DNA of 53,196 bases from Patescibacteria group bacterium. GTDB lineage: Bacteria; Patescibacteriota; Microgenomatia; Levybacterales; UBA12049. The notes under the pieces are model-generated. The model made no database searches. It worked only from the letters and a program-made list of their open reading frames with translations, and was not told where the DNA came from. Position numbers and translations under genes: made by a program. This document shows, one piece after another, positions 1 through 8,631 of the stretch (within the stretch, counting starts at the first letter, position 1; each line of letters begins with the position of its first letter). The stretch covers positions 1 through 53,196 of the forward strand of contig DASVYQ010000070.1 in NCBI GenBank assembly GCA_036392095.1, in the 5' to 3' direction.

Positions 1-308
1 CTTCTTTTTCTTGACTGCATGTCTCTAATAATCGTTGTTGTTCCAACCAACTGTCCATCTACAAAACAAGCAAGATATACTGCGTTTTTTAACTCAATAC
101 TTTTCATCATTTCGGATAAATAATACATTTCTCCATCATGAGTAATTGTTTCACCTGAAAATGTAATAAACGTATCTTCAAAAGAAAGCTTATTAATAAA
201 AGCAATCATTTGGTCCAAATCAGTCCATAAAGGATAACGAATAACTGCAGTTTTTCCATTTTTTGTAGTGAATGTTTTAACTTCTTTTCCCGGAACGAAA
301 CTTGTCAT
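1..308 (-). CDS. GNAT-family N-acetyltransferase-like protein, N-terminal part (3' end outside window)
   Basis: Hand translation from ATG at 308..306 gives MTSFVPGKEVKTFTTKNGKTAVIRYPLWTDLDQMIAFINKLSFED...AVYLACFVDGQLVGTTTIIRD. The frame is open to the window edge and the pattern is typical of a GNAT fold. Confidence 0.45.
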   Translation of the reverse strand, partial: MTSFVPGKEVKTFTTKNGKTAVIRYPLWTDLDQMIAFINKLSFEDTFITFSGETITHDGEMYYLSEMMKSIELKNAVYLACFVDGQLVGTTTIIRDMQSRKR

Positions 309-325
309 GAGTGCATTATATCATT

Positions 326-1393
326 TTAGAAGTATCCATATGCCCAAAAAGCAGAGGACATAATATTTCTAGAATAGAGATATTGCTGTTTTTGAGAAAC
401 TGAATTGAGAGAATCAAACCATAGTGAATGTTTTTGCCCTGATGTATCTATATATGTAATATGTGTTTCCGTTGATGCTTGATCATTTTTGATTTGACAA
501 TTTGTAAATGGACATGATGGGTAAAATTTTGCATTAATTTCTGCATCGGTAATAACAGCTGCTTTACCTATTGAATTTCCATTATCCGTGATTTTCCAGT
601 CATATCCATATAATCCAAAGACAATGTTTATTTTTTTTGAGGGAATTACTTGTAGAAAATCATCAGTCATTTTTTTTAAATCATAATCGCTATTATTTAG
701 TGGGAAATTAGGACCAACATCCCCATTTGCTTTATGTAAATCATATGCCATAACAAAAACAGTGTCAGAAACAGAAGCAATTTTTTTAATGTCGTATGGT
801 CTTGATCTATAAAATGCATCTCCATACATTGTTGTATCAAATTCCAAATTTTCTTTTTTAATAGAGCTTGAAAAAAGAGAATAAAAGTCATTAATATTTT
901 TTATTACTTGATCAAATCCTAAAGCATTAAATTCAAAATCTAAGAGAATACCTGAAAAGTTATTTTCTTTAGCAACTGCAATACTTTGAGCAATTATTTT
1001 TTGCTGCAATTGCTTATTATCAAGTAATAAGTCATTAAAATCTTGATTTATTAACGTAAGACACAAAATTGTTTGTTTATTTTGTACTTGAGAGACAAAC
1101 CGATTTAAATTTTTATATCCATTATCTGAAGTATCAATACCATCAGCAGATGCCGTTAAACCAAAATATATAACTTTATTATAATTTTGTACTTGCAATT
1201 GATTATTTATTGACCAATAGGGAACAAAAATATCTGTTTCTTTTTTATTCGGTATTTCTGGAGTTGGAGAGGTAACATTATGAAATGAAGGAGTAATTAC
1301 ACTAAGAGTTTTCTTTGAATGAATGTACATAAAGCCTAAAAATAGAGCGGCAAGGAATACAAATAGACAGCACAAGAAATATACTTTTCTCAC
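326..1393 (-). CDS. Membrane-anchored glycoside hydrolase family 18-like protein (YaaH/YdhD type)
   Basis: 355-aa ORF with an N-terminal hydrophobic anchor (VYFLCCLFVFLAALFLGFMYI). GH18-like motifs: SGILLDFEF (D-x-E core), VMAYDLH, SAFWAYGY. Confidence 0.6.
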   Translation of the reverse strand: MRKVYFLCCLFVFLAALFLGFMYIHSKKTLSVITPSFHNVTSPTPEIPNKKETDIFVPYWSINNQLQVQNYNKVIYFGLTASADGIDTSDNGYKNLNRFVSQVQNKQTILCLTLINQDFNDLLLDNKQLQQKIIAQSIAVAKENNFSGILLDFEFNALGFDQVIKNINDFYSLFSSSIKKENLEFDTTMYGDAFYRSRPYDIKKIASVSDTVFVMAYDLHKANGDVGPNFPLNNSDYDLKKMTDDFLQVIPSKKINIVFGLYGYDWKITDNGNSIGKAAVITDAEINAKFYPSCPFTNCQIKNDQASTETHITYIDTSGQKHSLWFDSLNSVSQKQQYLYSRNIMSSAFWAYGYF

Positions 1394-1409
1394 ATCTCCA
1401 TTATACCAG

Positions 1410-2573
1410 CTATATATGAGAAAAAGCCGAAGTCAAATCATCAATAAGATCATTTACATCTTCAATGCCAACAGACAATCGTATAAGAGTATCCGATAAA
1501 CCAATTTTTTCTCTTTCTTCTTTAGGGACTGATGCATGAGTCATAGAGGCGGGATGTTCTATTAATGATTCAACTGCACCCAAACTTTCTGCAATAGAAA
1601 TTATCTCTAATGATTCTAAAAATGTAACAGCATCTTGTAAACTACCATTAATCTCAAAAGAAATCATTGCTCCAAATCCTTTCATTTGTTTTTGTGCAAT
1701 TGCGTGACCAGCATGTGTAGTAAGTCCGGGATAATAAATTTTTTTAACTTTTTTTTGTGATTGTAAAAATGAAACTATTTTTTTTGCATTTTCTTCATGT
1801 TGTTTCATTCGCAATGCTAATGTTTTTATGCCTCGCAAAAAACTATAACTATCAAAAGGAGAAAGTATTGCTCCAACTGCATTTTGCAAGAATTTTACTC
1901 TTTCTGCGATTTCTTTATTTGAAAGCATTATTGCTCCTCCAACTCCGTCACTATGCCCACCAATATATTTGGTCATTGAATGGACAACAATATCTGCGCC
2001 TAAATCAAGTGGATTTTGGAAAAATGGAGTGGCAAATGTATTATCAACAACTGTAGTAATATGTTTTGTTTTTGCAAATTGAGAAATTGACGCAATATCT
2101 ATTATTTTTAATAAAGGGTTTGTTGGAGACTCTAACCAAATCATTTTTGTTTTTGGAGTAATATATTTTTTTATTTCTTCAGCATTAGAAAAATCAGCAA
2201 ATGTAAAACTAATTTTAAATTGTTCAAACACACGAGTGAACAATCTTCTTGTTCCACCATAAACATCATCGATGGAAACAACATGATCTCCAGCTTTAAG
2301 AAGGAATAATACATTTGTAATTGCTGCTAATCCTGAGGCATATGCAAATGCAGATTGAGCATTTTCTAGAGATGCTAAATTTTTTTCCAAAGCGTATCGC
2401 GTTGGATTTCCAGATCTGGAATATTCATACCCTGCAGTTGGAACATCAACTCTTTTTCGAGCAAAAGTAGTTGATAAATGAATTGGAGGTACAACATCTC
2501 CACTTCCACCTTCTTTAAGATTTGGCTCATTGCCTATATGAATGATTTTTGTTGCAAACTTCTTTTGTCTCAT
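1410..2573 (-). CDS. Cystathionine gamma-lyase/beta-lyase family PLP enzyme (MccB/MetC-like)
   Basis: 387-aa ORF with YSRSGNPTR and the PLP-lysine motif HSMTKYIGGHSD. Its start overlaps the upstream gene's stop (ATGA). Confidence 0.8.
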   Translation of the reverse strand: MRQKKFATKIIHIGNEPNLKEGGSGDVVPPIHLSTTFARKRVDVPTAGYEYSRSGNPTRYALEKNLASLENAQSAFAYASGLAAITNVLFLLKAGDHVVSIDDVYGGTRRLFTRVFEQFKISFTFADFSNAEEIKKYITPKTKMIWLESPTNPLLKIIDIASISQFAKTKHITTVVDNTFATPFFQNPLDLGADIVVHSMTKYIGGHSDGVGGAIMLSNKEIAERVKFLQNAVGAILSPFDSYSFLRGIKTLALRMKQHEENAKKIVSFLQSQKKVKKIYYPGLTTHAGHAIAQKQMKGFGAMISFEINGSLQDAVTFLESLEIISIAESLGAVESLIEHPASMTHASVPKEEREKIGLSDTLIRLSVGIEDVNDLIDDLTSAFSHI

Positions 2574-3535
2574 AAAAAACCATTCTCCTTCATCCAGGTA
2601 TCGTTATACATTTTGCTTACATAATTTTTCCCAGAATCGGGTAATGGAACAACAATAATATCTTTTTCTGTTAATCTTTTGGCAATTTGCAGTGCTCCAA
2701 ATACTGCCATTCCAGCAGATCCTCCTGCAAAAATTCCTTCTTTTCTAACCAATTGTCTTCCTGTTAAAAATGCATCTTTATCTGACACAGTAATCACCTC
2801 ATCAATAACACTAAAATCCATTGCTCCTGGCATAAAATCTTCTCCTGGTCCTTCTACTTTATATGCTTTTGCTACCCCTTTGGTTTTATAAAAATAATGA
2901 TGCAATAATGAACCTTCTGGATCAACACCAACTACTTTTATTTTTGGATTTTGCTCTTTTAAAAATTTTGCAGGACCAGAAATTGTTCCACCTGTACCCA
3001 TCGCAGCAACATAATGTGTTATTTGCCCATCTGTATCTCTCCAAATTTCAGGCCCTGTTGTTTTATAATGTGCGAGCATATTTGCCAAATTAAAATATTG
3101 ATTTGGCATAAATGCATTTTTCTCTTTTGCAATTCTTTTGGCAACATTTATGTACTGATTTGGTGAAGAAGGTTCTGCATCTGCTGGTGCTCTTACAACC
3201 TCTGCCCCATATGCTCGTAAAACCATTTCCTTTTCTTGGCTCATTTTTTCAGACATAGTAAATATTACTTTATATCCTTTTATTGCAGCTGCAATTGCCA
3301 AACCGACACCAGTATTGCCGCTTGTAGGTTCAACTATGGTCCCACCTTTTTTTAATAAACCTTTTTTCTCGGCATCTTCTATCATTGCAATGCCGATTCT
3401 ATCTTTTGTACTTCCTCCCGGATTTAGATACTCAAGCTTTACTAAAATAGTAGGCTTAAGATCTTTGGATACAACATTAAGTCTTACCAATGGTGTATTC
3501 CCAATTGCTTCTAATAAATTTTTTGCATATTTCAT
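2570..3535 (-). CDS. Cystathionine beta-synthase-like PLP enzyme lacking CBS-pair domains (MccA/CysK superfamily)
   Basis: 321 aa. Motifs: LNPGGSTKDR (PLP Lys), SGNTGVGLA, GTGGTISG, plus CBS-type SEKMSQEK..LRAYGAEVVR and VGVDPEGS. Confidence 0.8.
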   Translation of the reverse strand: MKYAKNLLEAIGNTPLVRLNVVSKDLKPTILVKLEYLNPGGSTKDRIGIAMIEDAEKKGLLKKGGTIVEPTSGNTGVGLAIAAAIKGYKVIFTMSEKMSQEKEMVLRAYGAEVVRAPADAEPSSPNQYINVAKRIAKEKNAFMPNQYFNLANMLAHYKTTGPEIWRDTDGQITHYVAAMGTGGTISGPAKFLKEQNPKIKVVGVDPEGSLLHHYFYKTKGVAKAYKVEGPGEDFMPGAMDFSVIDEVITVSDKDAFLTGRQLVRKEGIFAGGSAGMAVFGALQIAKRLTEKDIIVVPLPDSGKNYVSKMYNDTWMKENGFL

Positions 3536-3607
3536 AAAAAAAATCCTCCGTTTGGGAGGAATCGTTTTGCACTAAATTACCTCCCTTATTAGGAAATAAT
3601 TGTGCAA
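3536..3607 (-). promoter_or_regulatory. Structured 5' leader (attenuator or riboswitch-like) of the CBS/CGL operon
   Basis: The minus-strand RNA reads UUGCAC-AAUUA-UUUCC-UAAUAA-GGGAG-G-UAAUU-UA-GUGCAA, a long hairpin. It is followed by UCCUCC-CAAAC-GGAGGA-UUUUUUUU-AUG. GGGAGG can pair either inside hairpin 1 or with CCUCCC. CCUCC can otherwise sequester the GGAGG Shine-Dalgarno in a terminator-like hairpin. Confidence 0.5.
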
Positions 3608-3674
3608 CAAATAATTAGATTTTTAAATTTCATTGTGTTAACAATATCATGGAGTATTATATTTTGTCAAATTA

Positions 3675-4322
3675 CTACTTTTTTGTTACTAAAAAATATT
3701 CTTCTTTTGGTAGCAATTGTCCCATTGCTAAAATACTTACCGCATCTTTAATTTGGGATTTATGCTGCATAATTGCTTTCTTCTTAAGACTCCAAACTTT
3801 ACTTATATTTACTATTTTTTGAATTTCTTCTTCTTTATATCCAGGAGGGAAATAAATAAAATAGCTTGGAATAAACTTTCTCATTTTTTCACTCATACAG
3901 TTATACCAAATTTCTTTTACGTATTTTACTTTCCCAAAAACAAAACTCGTTATCATAGAAACTGCAATATGATCTAAATGCCCCGACACTCCCCGAGGTT
4001 CAACAGTAATTAAAGTTTCAGGCTTTAATTCATCTACAATTTCTTGTATTTTCTGTGCAATCAAATGATAGTTATTATTACAAAGAGTTCCGTCTCCAAA
4101 ATTAAGGAAGAATACTTTTTTTGCACCAATTACTTTGGCAGAATTTTCTAGTTCTTTTTTTCTTATTTCTGCAAGTTTCGGATCAGGGGTACCTGTTGCT
4201 GCATCTCCATTAGTAACACATATTAAGTAAACATTATTTTCTTTTGCCAATAATGCCAATGTACCACTTGGACCAAAAGATTCATCATCTGGATGGGCAA
4301 AAATACCAACTACTGTTTTCAT
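3675..4322 (-). CDS. PIG-L/LmbE family deacetylase
   Basis: 215 aa. Has the N-terminal VVGIFAHPDDESFG motif and the later SGHLDH metal-binding motif. Confidence 0.8.
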   Translation of the reverse strand: MKTVVGIFAHPDDESFGPSGTLALLAKENNVYLICVTNGDAATGTPDPKLAEIRKKELENSAKVIGAKKVFFLNFGDGTLCNNNYHLIAQKIQEIVDELKPETLITVEPRGVSGHLDHIAVSMITSFVFGKVKYVKEIWYNCMSEKMRKFIPSYFIYFPPGYKEEEIQKIVNISKVWSLKKKAIMQHKSQIKDAVSILAMGQLLPKEEYFLVTKK

Positions 4323-4354
4323 GAAATAAAGTATAGCAGATTTGCATATTTAAA

Positions 4355-4981
4355 TTAAAATATGACTTGAATAATGTCAGGTTTTAAAATAACTAACCGT
4401 TGATCCCCTGTTTGAATAACTCCTTGCTTTTCTAGTTTTCTCATTTGTCTACTTACTGTTTCTCTAGTAATACCAAGCATGGTACTTATAAAGTAGTGCG
4501 TTATTTCCATATTAATGGCAATACCACCTTCTTGTTTTTCTCCGAAGTGTTCTGACAAATAAGCCAGAAGAGAGACTATTTTTTTATATGCATCGTGCAG
4601 AAGTAATATTTCTGTTTTTATCAAATAGCCATTAAGTCCAGCAGCTAAGCGCTTGGTAAAGTTATAAAGAATTTCGGGTTTATCTTTAATAAATTCTAAT
4701 ATTTTTTCTGTTGGAGCTTTTCTAAAGGAAACATCTGTTATGGATTCAAAATAATAGGAATTCTTTTTATTATTTAAGACAAGCATTAATGGTAAATACG
4801 TGCCTGGTCTATAAATATGAAGAGTTAATTCTATTCCACTTTCTTCAATAAGATACATTCGGACATATCCTTTTTCCAAAAAAAATATATCAGAAACTTT
4901 CTCTGTAGGAGCCAGTAAAATTGACTTTGCTGGAAGGGACAGCTGCCGATATGCTGAGTAAAATTCGGTAAGCTTATCCAT
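4355..4981 (-). CDS. Crp/Fnr family transcriptional regulator
   Basis: 208 aa. N-terminal cNMP-binding-like beta-roll, and a C-terminal HTH (ISTMLGITRETVSRQMRKLEKQGVI). Confidence 0.75.
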   Translation of the reverse strand: MDKLTEFYSAYRQLSLPAKSILLAPTEKVSDIFFLEKGYVRMYLIEESGIELTLHIYRPGTYLPLMLVLNNKKNSYYFESITDVSFRKAPTEKILEFIKDKPEILYNFTKRLAAGLNGYLIKTEILLLHDAYKKIVSLLAYLSEHFGEKQEGGIAINMEITHYFISTMLGITRETVSRQMRKLEKQGVIQTGDQRLVILKPDIIQVIF

Positions 4982-4993
4982 TGGACTAAGAAT

Positions 4994-5022
4994 ATAATAT
5001 CAAAAATATATTACATTAGCAA
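4994..5022 (-). promoter_or_regulatory. Putative sigma70-type promoter of the Crp/Fnr gene (TTGCTA-N17-TATTAT), overlapped by an inverted repeat
   Basis: Minus strand: TTGCTA (5022..5017), a 17-nt spacer, TATTAT (4999..4994), then 12 nt to the ATG. The -35 lies inside the palindrome ATTAGC-NN-GCTAAT (5015..5028). Confidence 0.35.
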
Positions 5023-5157
5023 GCTAATCCAAACGCTGTTTGCAAACTACTCCAATGCAGAGGGATGATTTTTTTTTGGCATATATTCATCTCTTTTTTT
5101 TATTTTGCTAGCTAATATCCCTTAAGATCAAAATAAAAAACAAGAAAAGATACAGCA

Positions 5158-5652
5158 TTAAAAAGTATTTAAGCGGTCCAATTCTTCATATAAATGTTGA
5201 TTTGACGAATAATGAATAGTTGTAATGCCAGCTAATTTTGCGGCAAAGATATGTGTTTGTTCATCATCTATATACACTGTTTCTGCTGCTGTCTTTTTTA
5301 CTTTTCCAAGAGCCAATTGATAGACTGTAGGATCATCTTTTTCAAGTCCAAAATCTCGTGTTGAAATAATCCTCTCAAAAAAAGGCGCTAGCTTTTTTTC
5401 CACTTTTGGATGAAGATACATATCCCCTGATGTAAAAATAAACATAGAATACAATGATTTTTGTGCAGAAATATAGCTAAGTAACTCATCATTAAAATAA
5501 AAATATGAGTCAAAATCAAATAAGGAATTTTTCTTTAACAACTGTTGATATAAAAAATGAATATCTGCAGAATATGCAATATTTTTTGGGAAGATAATTA
5601 CCCTTGATAAATCAAACAGAAGGGAACTTATCATAACCAAATAATAATACAT
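5158..5652 (-). CDS. HAD-superfamily hydrolase-like protein
   Basis: 164 aa. C-terminal HAD motif III/IV (K..DP..Y...ETVYIDDEQTHIFAAKLAGI). Motif I reads FDLSRV, i.e. D-x-S instead of D-x-D. An alternative start (MISSLLFDLS) lies at 5634. Confidence 0.55.
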   Translation of the reverse strand: MYYYLVMISSLLFDLSRVIIFPKNIAYSADIHFLYQQLLKKNSLFDFDSYFYFNDELLSYISAQKSLYSMFIFTSGDMYLHPKVEKKLAPFFERIISTRDFGLEKDDPTVYQLALGKVKKTAAETVYIDDEQTHIFAAKLAGITTIHYSSNQHLYEELDRLNTF

Positions 5653-5720
5653 ATTTCTTAAAAAAAAATGAAGTAATATTTTTGCTTGACGATCCTTCCT
5701 ATTTTCTTTACGCTTACTAT

Positions 5721-6353
5721 ATGGAACAAGAAATGCCCTTTTGGAAGCATGCGGCCATTTTTATTTTAGAACTGGTTTTTGTCGTAAACGTTATGGTTTT
5801 AGATATTGCTCTATTTTTTCAACTCTCCAAGCAATCTTCCCCACAAGCAGCAAATACAACTCCTCAAACAAAACAACAAGAAACGACAACAATTGTTAAT
5901 CCTCTCCCTGTTACTCCTACAATCATTCCCTCTCCAACGCAAACTCCCCAAGCTCAAATTTATCAACAACCACAAACTGCAACCAATTCAGTAAAGGAAT
6001 ATTATGTTCCGCTTGGCAGTGGACAAAGTAATTCACAAACATATCAAAATATTTTAGGCGCACAGGCATATATAAATTCTGCAAGCTATACAAATATAAA
6101 AACAATTACCTTTGAAGCTGCTGTATATATTCCAACAGGCAATGAAACAGCATGGATCCAATTATATGATGTAACCCAAGGCCATCCTGTATGGAATTCT
6201 GAAATGAGTTGGAGTGGTGGTAATGCCCAATATTTAGTTTCTTCTCCAATTACATTGGATAACGGAAACAATTTGTACCAGGTGCAAATAAAAACACAAT
6301 TACCCGCATATGCTCAAGTTAACCAAAGTAAAATACATATAATATTAAACTAA
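5721..6353 (+). CDS. Hypothetical membrane-anchored exported protein with Q/T/P-rich linker
   Basis: The ORF-track frame is 5682..6353 (TTG); the first ATG is at 5721 (MEQEMPFWKH). It has a TM helix (AAIFILELVFVVNVMVLDIALFF), a low-complexity linker (TPQTKQQETT..PSPTQTPQAQIYQQPQT), then a beta-rich C-terminal domain of about 130 aa with no motif I recognise. Confidence 0.5.
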   Translation: MEQEMPFWKHAAIFILELVFVVNVMVLDIALFFQLSKQSSPQAANTTPQTKQQETTTIVNPLPVTPTIIPSPTQTPQAQIYQQPQTATNSVKEYYVPLGSGQSNSQTYQNILGAQAYINSASYTNIKTITFEAAVYIPTGNETAWIQLYDVTQGHPVWNSEMSWSGGNAQYLVSSPITLDNGNNLYQVQIKTQLPAYAQVNQSKIHIILN

Positions 6354-6382
6354 GAGTTTAAACAAAAAACTTATAAAAGGAA

Positions 6383-8491
6383 TTACTCTACGCGGCCAGT
6401 GAAGGTGGATTTGGCAAGCATGCCTTGGGTAATATTATTTGGAACTTCATCATAGTGACTTGGCTCCATGTAGTAAGATGCTCGACCTTTAGACATAGAT
6501 CGAAGAGTTGTTGCATAACCTGAAAGTTCTGCTAATGGAACAATTGCTTTAATAATTGTTGCTCTACTTCTTTCTTCTGTCCCCATAATCTGTGCTCTTT
6601 TACTTGAAAGATCACCGATAATATCTCCCATGTATTCAGAAGGAGTTGTAACTTCTACCTTCATGACTGGCTCTAGAAGTGTTAAATCTGCTTTTTTAGA
6701 AGCATTTTGGAAAGCCATAGATGCTGCAATCTTAAAGGCAACATCTGAAGAGTCAACATCATGATATGAACCATCGTATAATGTTACTTTTACATCGACA
6801 ACTGGATAGCCAAGAAGAACCCCGTTTTCCAAAGTTTCTTTAACTCCTTTTTCAACAGAGGTAATAAATTCTGCAGGAATTGCTCCTCCTTTAATTGCAT
6901 TAACAAATTCAAATCCTTGACCTCGTGGTTGTGGTTCAAGCCGTAAGAAACAGTGACCATATTGTCCTCGGCCTCCGGATTGTCGAATGTATTTTCCTTC
7001 TGCTTCTGACATTTTTTTAATGGTTTCTTTGTATGCAACTTGTGGCGCTCCAACATTTGCCAAAACACCGAATTCTCTTTTCATTCTGTCAACCATAACT
7101 TCAAGTTGTAATTCTCCAATACCAGAAATAATAGTTTGTCCTGTTTCATGATTTGTTTTAACAGTAAATGTTGGATCTTCTTCTGTTAATCGCTTTAAGG
7201 CAAATCCTAACTTTTCTTGATCTGCTTTTGTTTTTGGTTCTATAGCTAAAGAAATAACTGGTTCTGGGAAGGTAATTTTTTCTAAAACAATTGGTTTTTC
7301 TTGATCACAAAGTGTATCTCCAGTAATGGTTTCTTTAAGACCTACCAAAGCAACGATTTCTCCAGCATATGCTTCTTTAATTTCTTCTCTTGTGTTAGCA
7401 TGCATTAACAAAATACGGCCAACTCTTTCGGTGTTTCCTTTTGTACTGTTGTAAATATAACTTCCAGATTGTACTTTTCCAGAATACACTCTAAAGTAGG
7501 TTAATTTTCCAACGTGCGGATCAATTTGAATTTTAAATGCCAAACCGCAAAGTGCTTCTTCAGGAACTAATTTTCTAAATTCTTCTCCATCTGTTTTTGG
7601 ATTTATTCCCTTAACTTCACCTAGATCAACAGGAGACGGTAAATAATCAACAACTGCATCAAGAAGAGGTTGTACGCCTTTGTTTCTTAAAGATGTTCCT
7701 GCATATATTGGGACTAATTTATATGCAATAACTGCAGCTCTAAGGGCTTTTTTAAGTTCTTCAATTGTTGGTTCTTCTCCGCCAAGATATTTTTCTAAAA
7801 GTTTATCATCGGTTTCTGCGATTTTTTCAACAAGTTTTTGTCTGTATTCTTCAACTTGCGCTTTCATGTCTTCTGGAATATTGTCATCAGTATCAAACGA
7901 TGCACCCAAGTCATCTGAGTGCCATCTAAGAGCCTTTCTGGTTAATAAATCTACATTCCCGACATAAGAAGATTCACTTCCAATTGGCAAAACCATAATT
8001 GCTGGATTTGCACCAAGTCTATCTTCAATTGATTTTACAGTTGCTAAGAAATCTGCACCTAATTTATCCATTTTGTTAACAAAACAGATACGTGGAACTT
8101 TGTATTTGTCTGCCTGTCTCCAAACAGTTTCAGATTGTGATTGAACTCCTTCTTCTGCATCAAGTACGGTAATACCTCCGTCAAGAACGCGCAAAGATCG
8201 TTCTACTTCTGCAGTAAAGTCAACGTGACCGGGAGTATCAATAATGTTAATTCTGTAGTCTTTCCAGAAAGCTGTTGTCGCAGCAGAAACAATGGTAATA
8301 CCTCTTTCTTTTTCTTGTTCCATCCAATCCATTTGAGTATTTCCCTCATCAATGTCTCCAATTTTGTATGTTCTACCTGTATAGTACAAAATACGTTCTG
8401 TGGTTGTGGTTTTACCTGCATCAATATGCGCAATAATACCAATATTGCGGATTTTGTCTAATTCTGCGTGTCTAGTTGTTGTGTCTGCCAT
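6383..8491 (-). CDS. fusA: Translation elongation factor G
   Basis: 702 aa. Motifs: [24 protein letters not shown], and full EF-G domain order. Confidence 0.97.
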   Translation of the reverse strand: MADTTTRHAELDKIRNIGIIAHIDAGKTTTTERILYYTGRTYKIGDIDEGNTQMDWMEQEKERGITIVSAATTAFWKDYRINIIDTPGHVDFTAEVERSLRVLDGGITVLDAEEGVQSQSETVWRQADKYKVPRICFVNKMDKLGADFLATVKSIEDRLGANPAIMVLPIGSESSYVGNVDLLTRKALRWHSDDLGASFDTDDNIPEDMKAQVEEYRQKLVEKIAETDDKLLEKYLGGEEPTIEELKKALRAAVIAYKLVPIYAGTSLRNKGVQPLLDAVVDYLPSPVDLGEVKGINPKTDGEEFRKLVPEEALCGLAFKIQIDPHVGKLTYFRVYSGKVQSGSYIYNSTKGNTERVGRILLMHANTREEIKEAYAGEIVALVGLKETITGDTLCDQEKPIVLEKITFPEPVISLAIEPKTKADQEKLGFALKRLTEEDPTFTVKTNHETGQTIISGIGELQLEVMVDRMKREFGVLANVGAPQVAYKETIKKMSEAEGKYIRQSGGRGQYGHCFLRLEPQPRGQGFEFVNAIKGGAIPAEFITSVEKGVKETLENGVLLGYPVVDVKVTLYDGSYHDVDSSDVAFKIAASMAFQNASKKADLTLLEPVMKVEVTTPSEYMGDIIGDLSSKRAQIMGTEERSRATIIKAIVPLAELSGYATTLRSMSKGRASYYMEPSHYDEVPNNITQGMLAKSTFTGRVE

Positions 8492-8498
8492 AAAGAAA

Positions 8499-8514
8499 AA
8501 TCCCTTCTGGGATT
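8499..8514 (-). promoter_or_regulatory. 5'-UTR hairpin (terminator-like) abutting the fusA start codon
   Basis: Minus strand: AATCCC-AGAA-GGGATT followed by TTTCTTT-ATG. The 3' arm contains the only SD-like purine run (AAGGGA). It is nearly identical to the hairpin at 9937..9954. Confidence 0.45.
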
Positions 8515-8589
8515 ACGTTAAGTATACCATACTTTTTAAATTTATTCTATAATTAGCAAATTCCAATTTGTTGTAGAAATAGCACCGAA

Positions 8590-8619
8590 TTGCAAGTTTT
8601 AGTAAAATGAGTATATAAT
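8590..8619 (+). promoter_or_regulatory. Putative promoter of the cyclophilin gene (TTGCAA-N18-TATAAT)
   Basis: TTGCAA at 8590-8595 and TATAAT at 8614-8619, 12 nt before the ATG at 8632. Confidence 0.35.
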
Positions 8620-8631
8620 CAATTCCACCTT

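Noticed and set aside
5682-5720. TTG-initiated N-terminal extensions offered by the ORF track (5682, 47478, 50319, 39374, 39901, 25896).
   Set aside because: In each case an internal ATG fits better. The supporting evidence is, variously, a perfect SD (25845), a stop-start junction with the upstream gene (39305, 39865), the conserved protein N-terminus (47505), or the start of the hydrophobic signal (50373, 5721).
6354-6382. Short convergent spacer between the exported protein gene and fusA, containing GTTTAAAC and an A-run, as a possible bidirectional terminator.
   Set aside because: Only weak, AT-only pairing is possible. I could not draw a convincing GC-containing stem.
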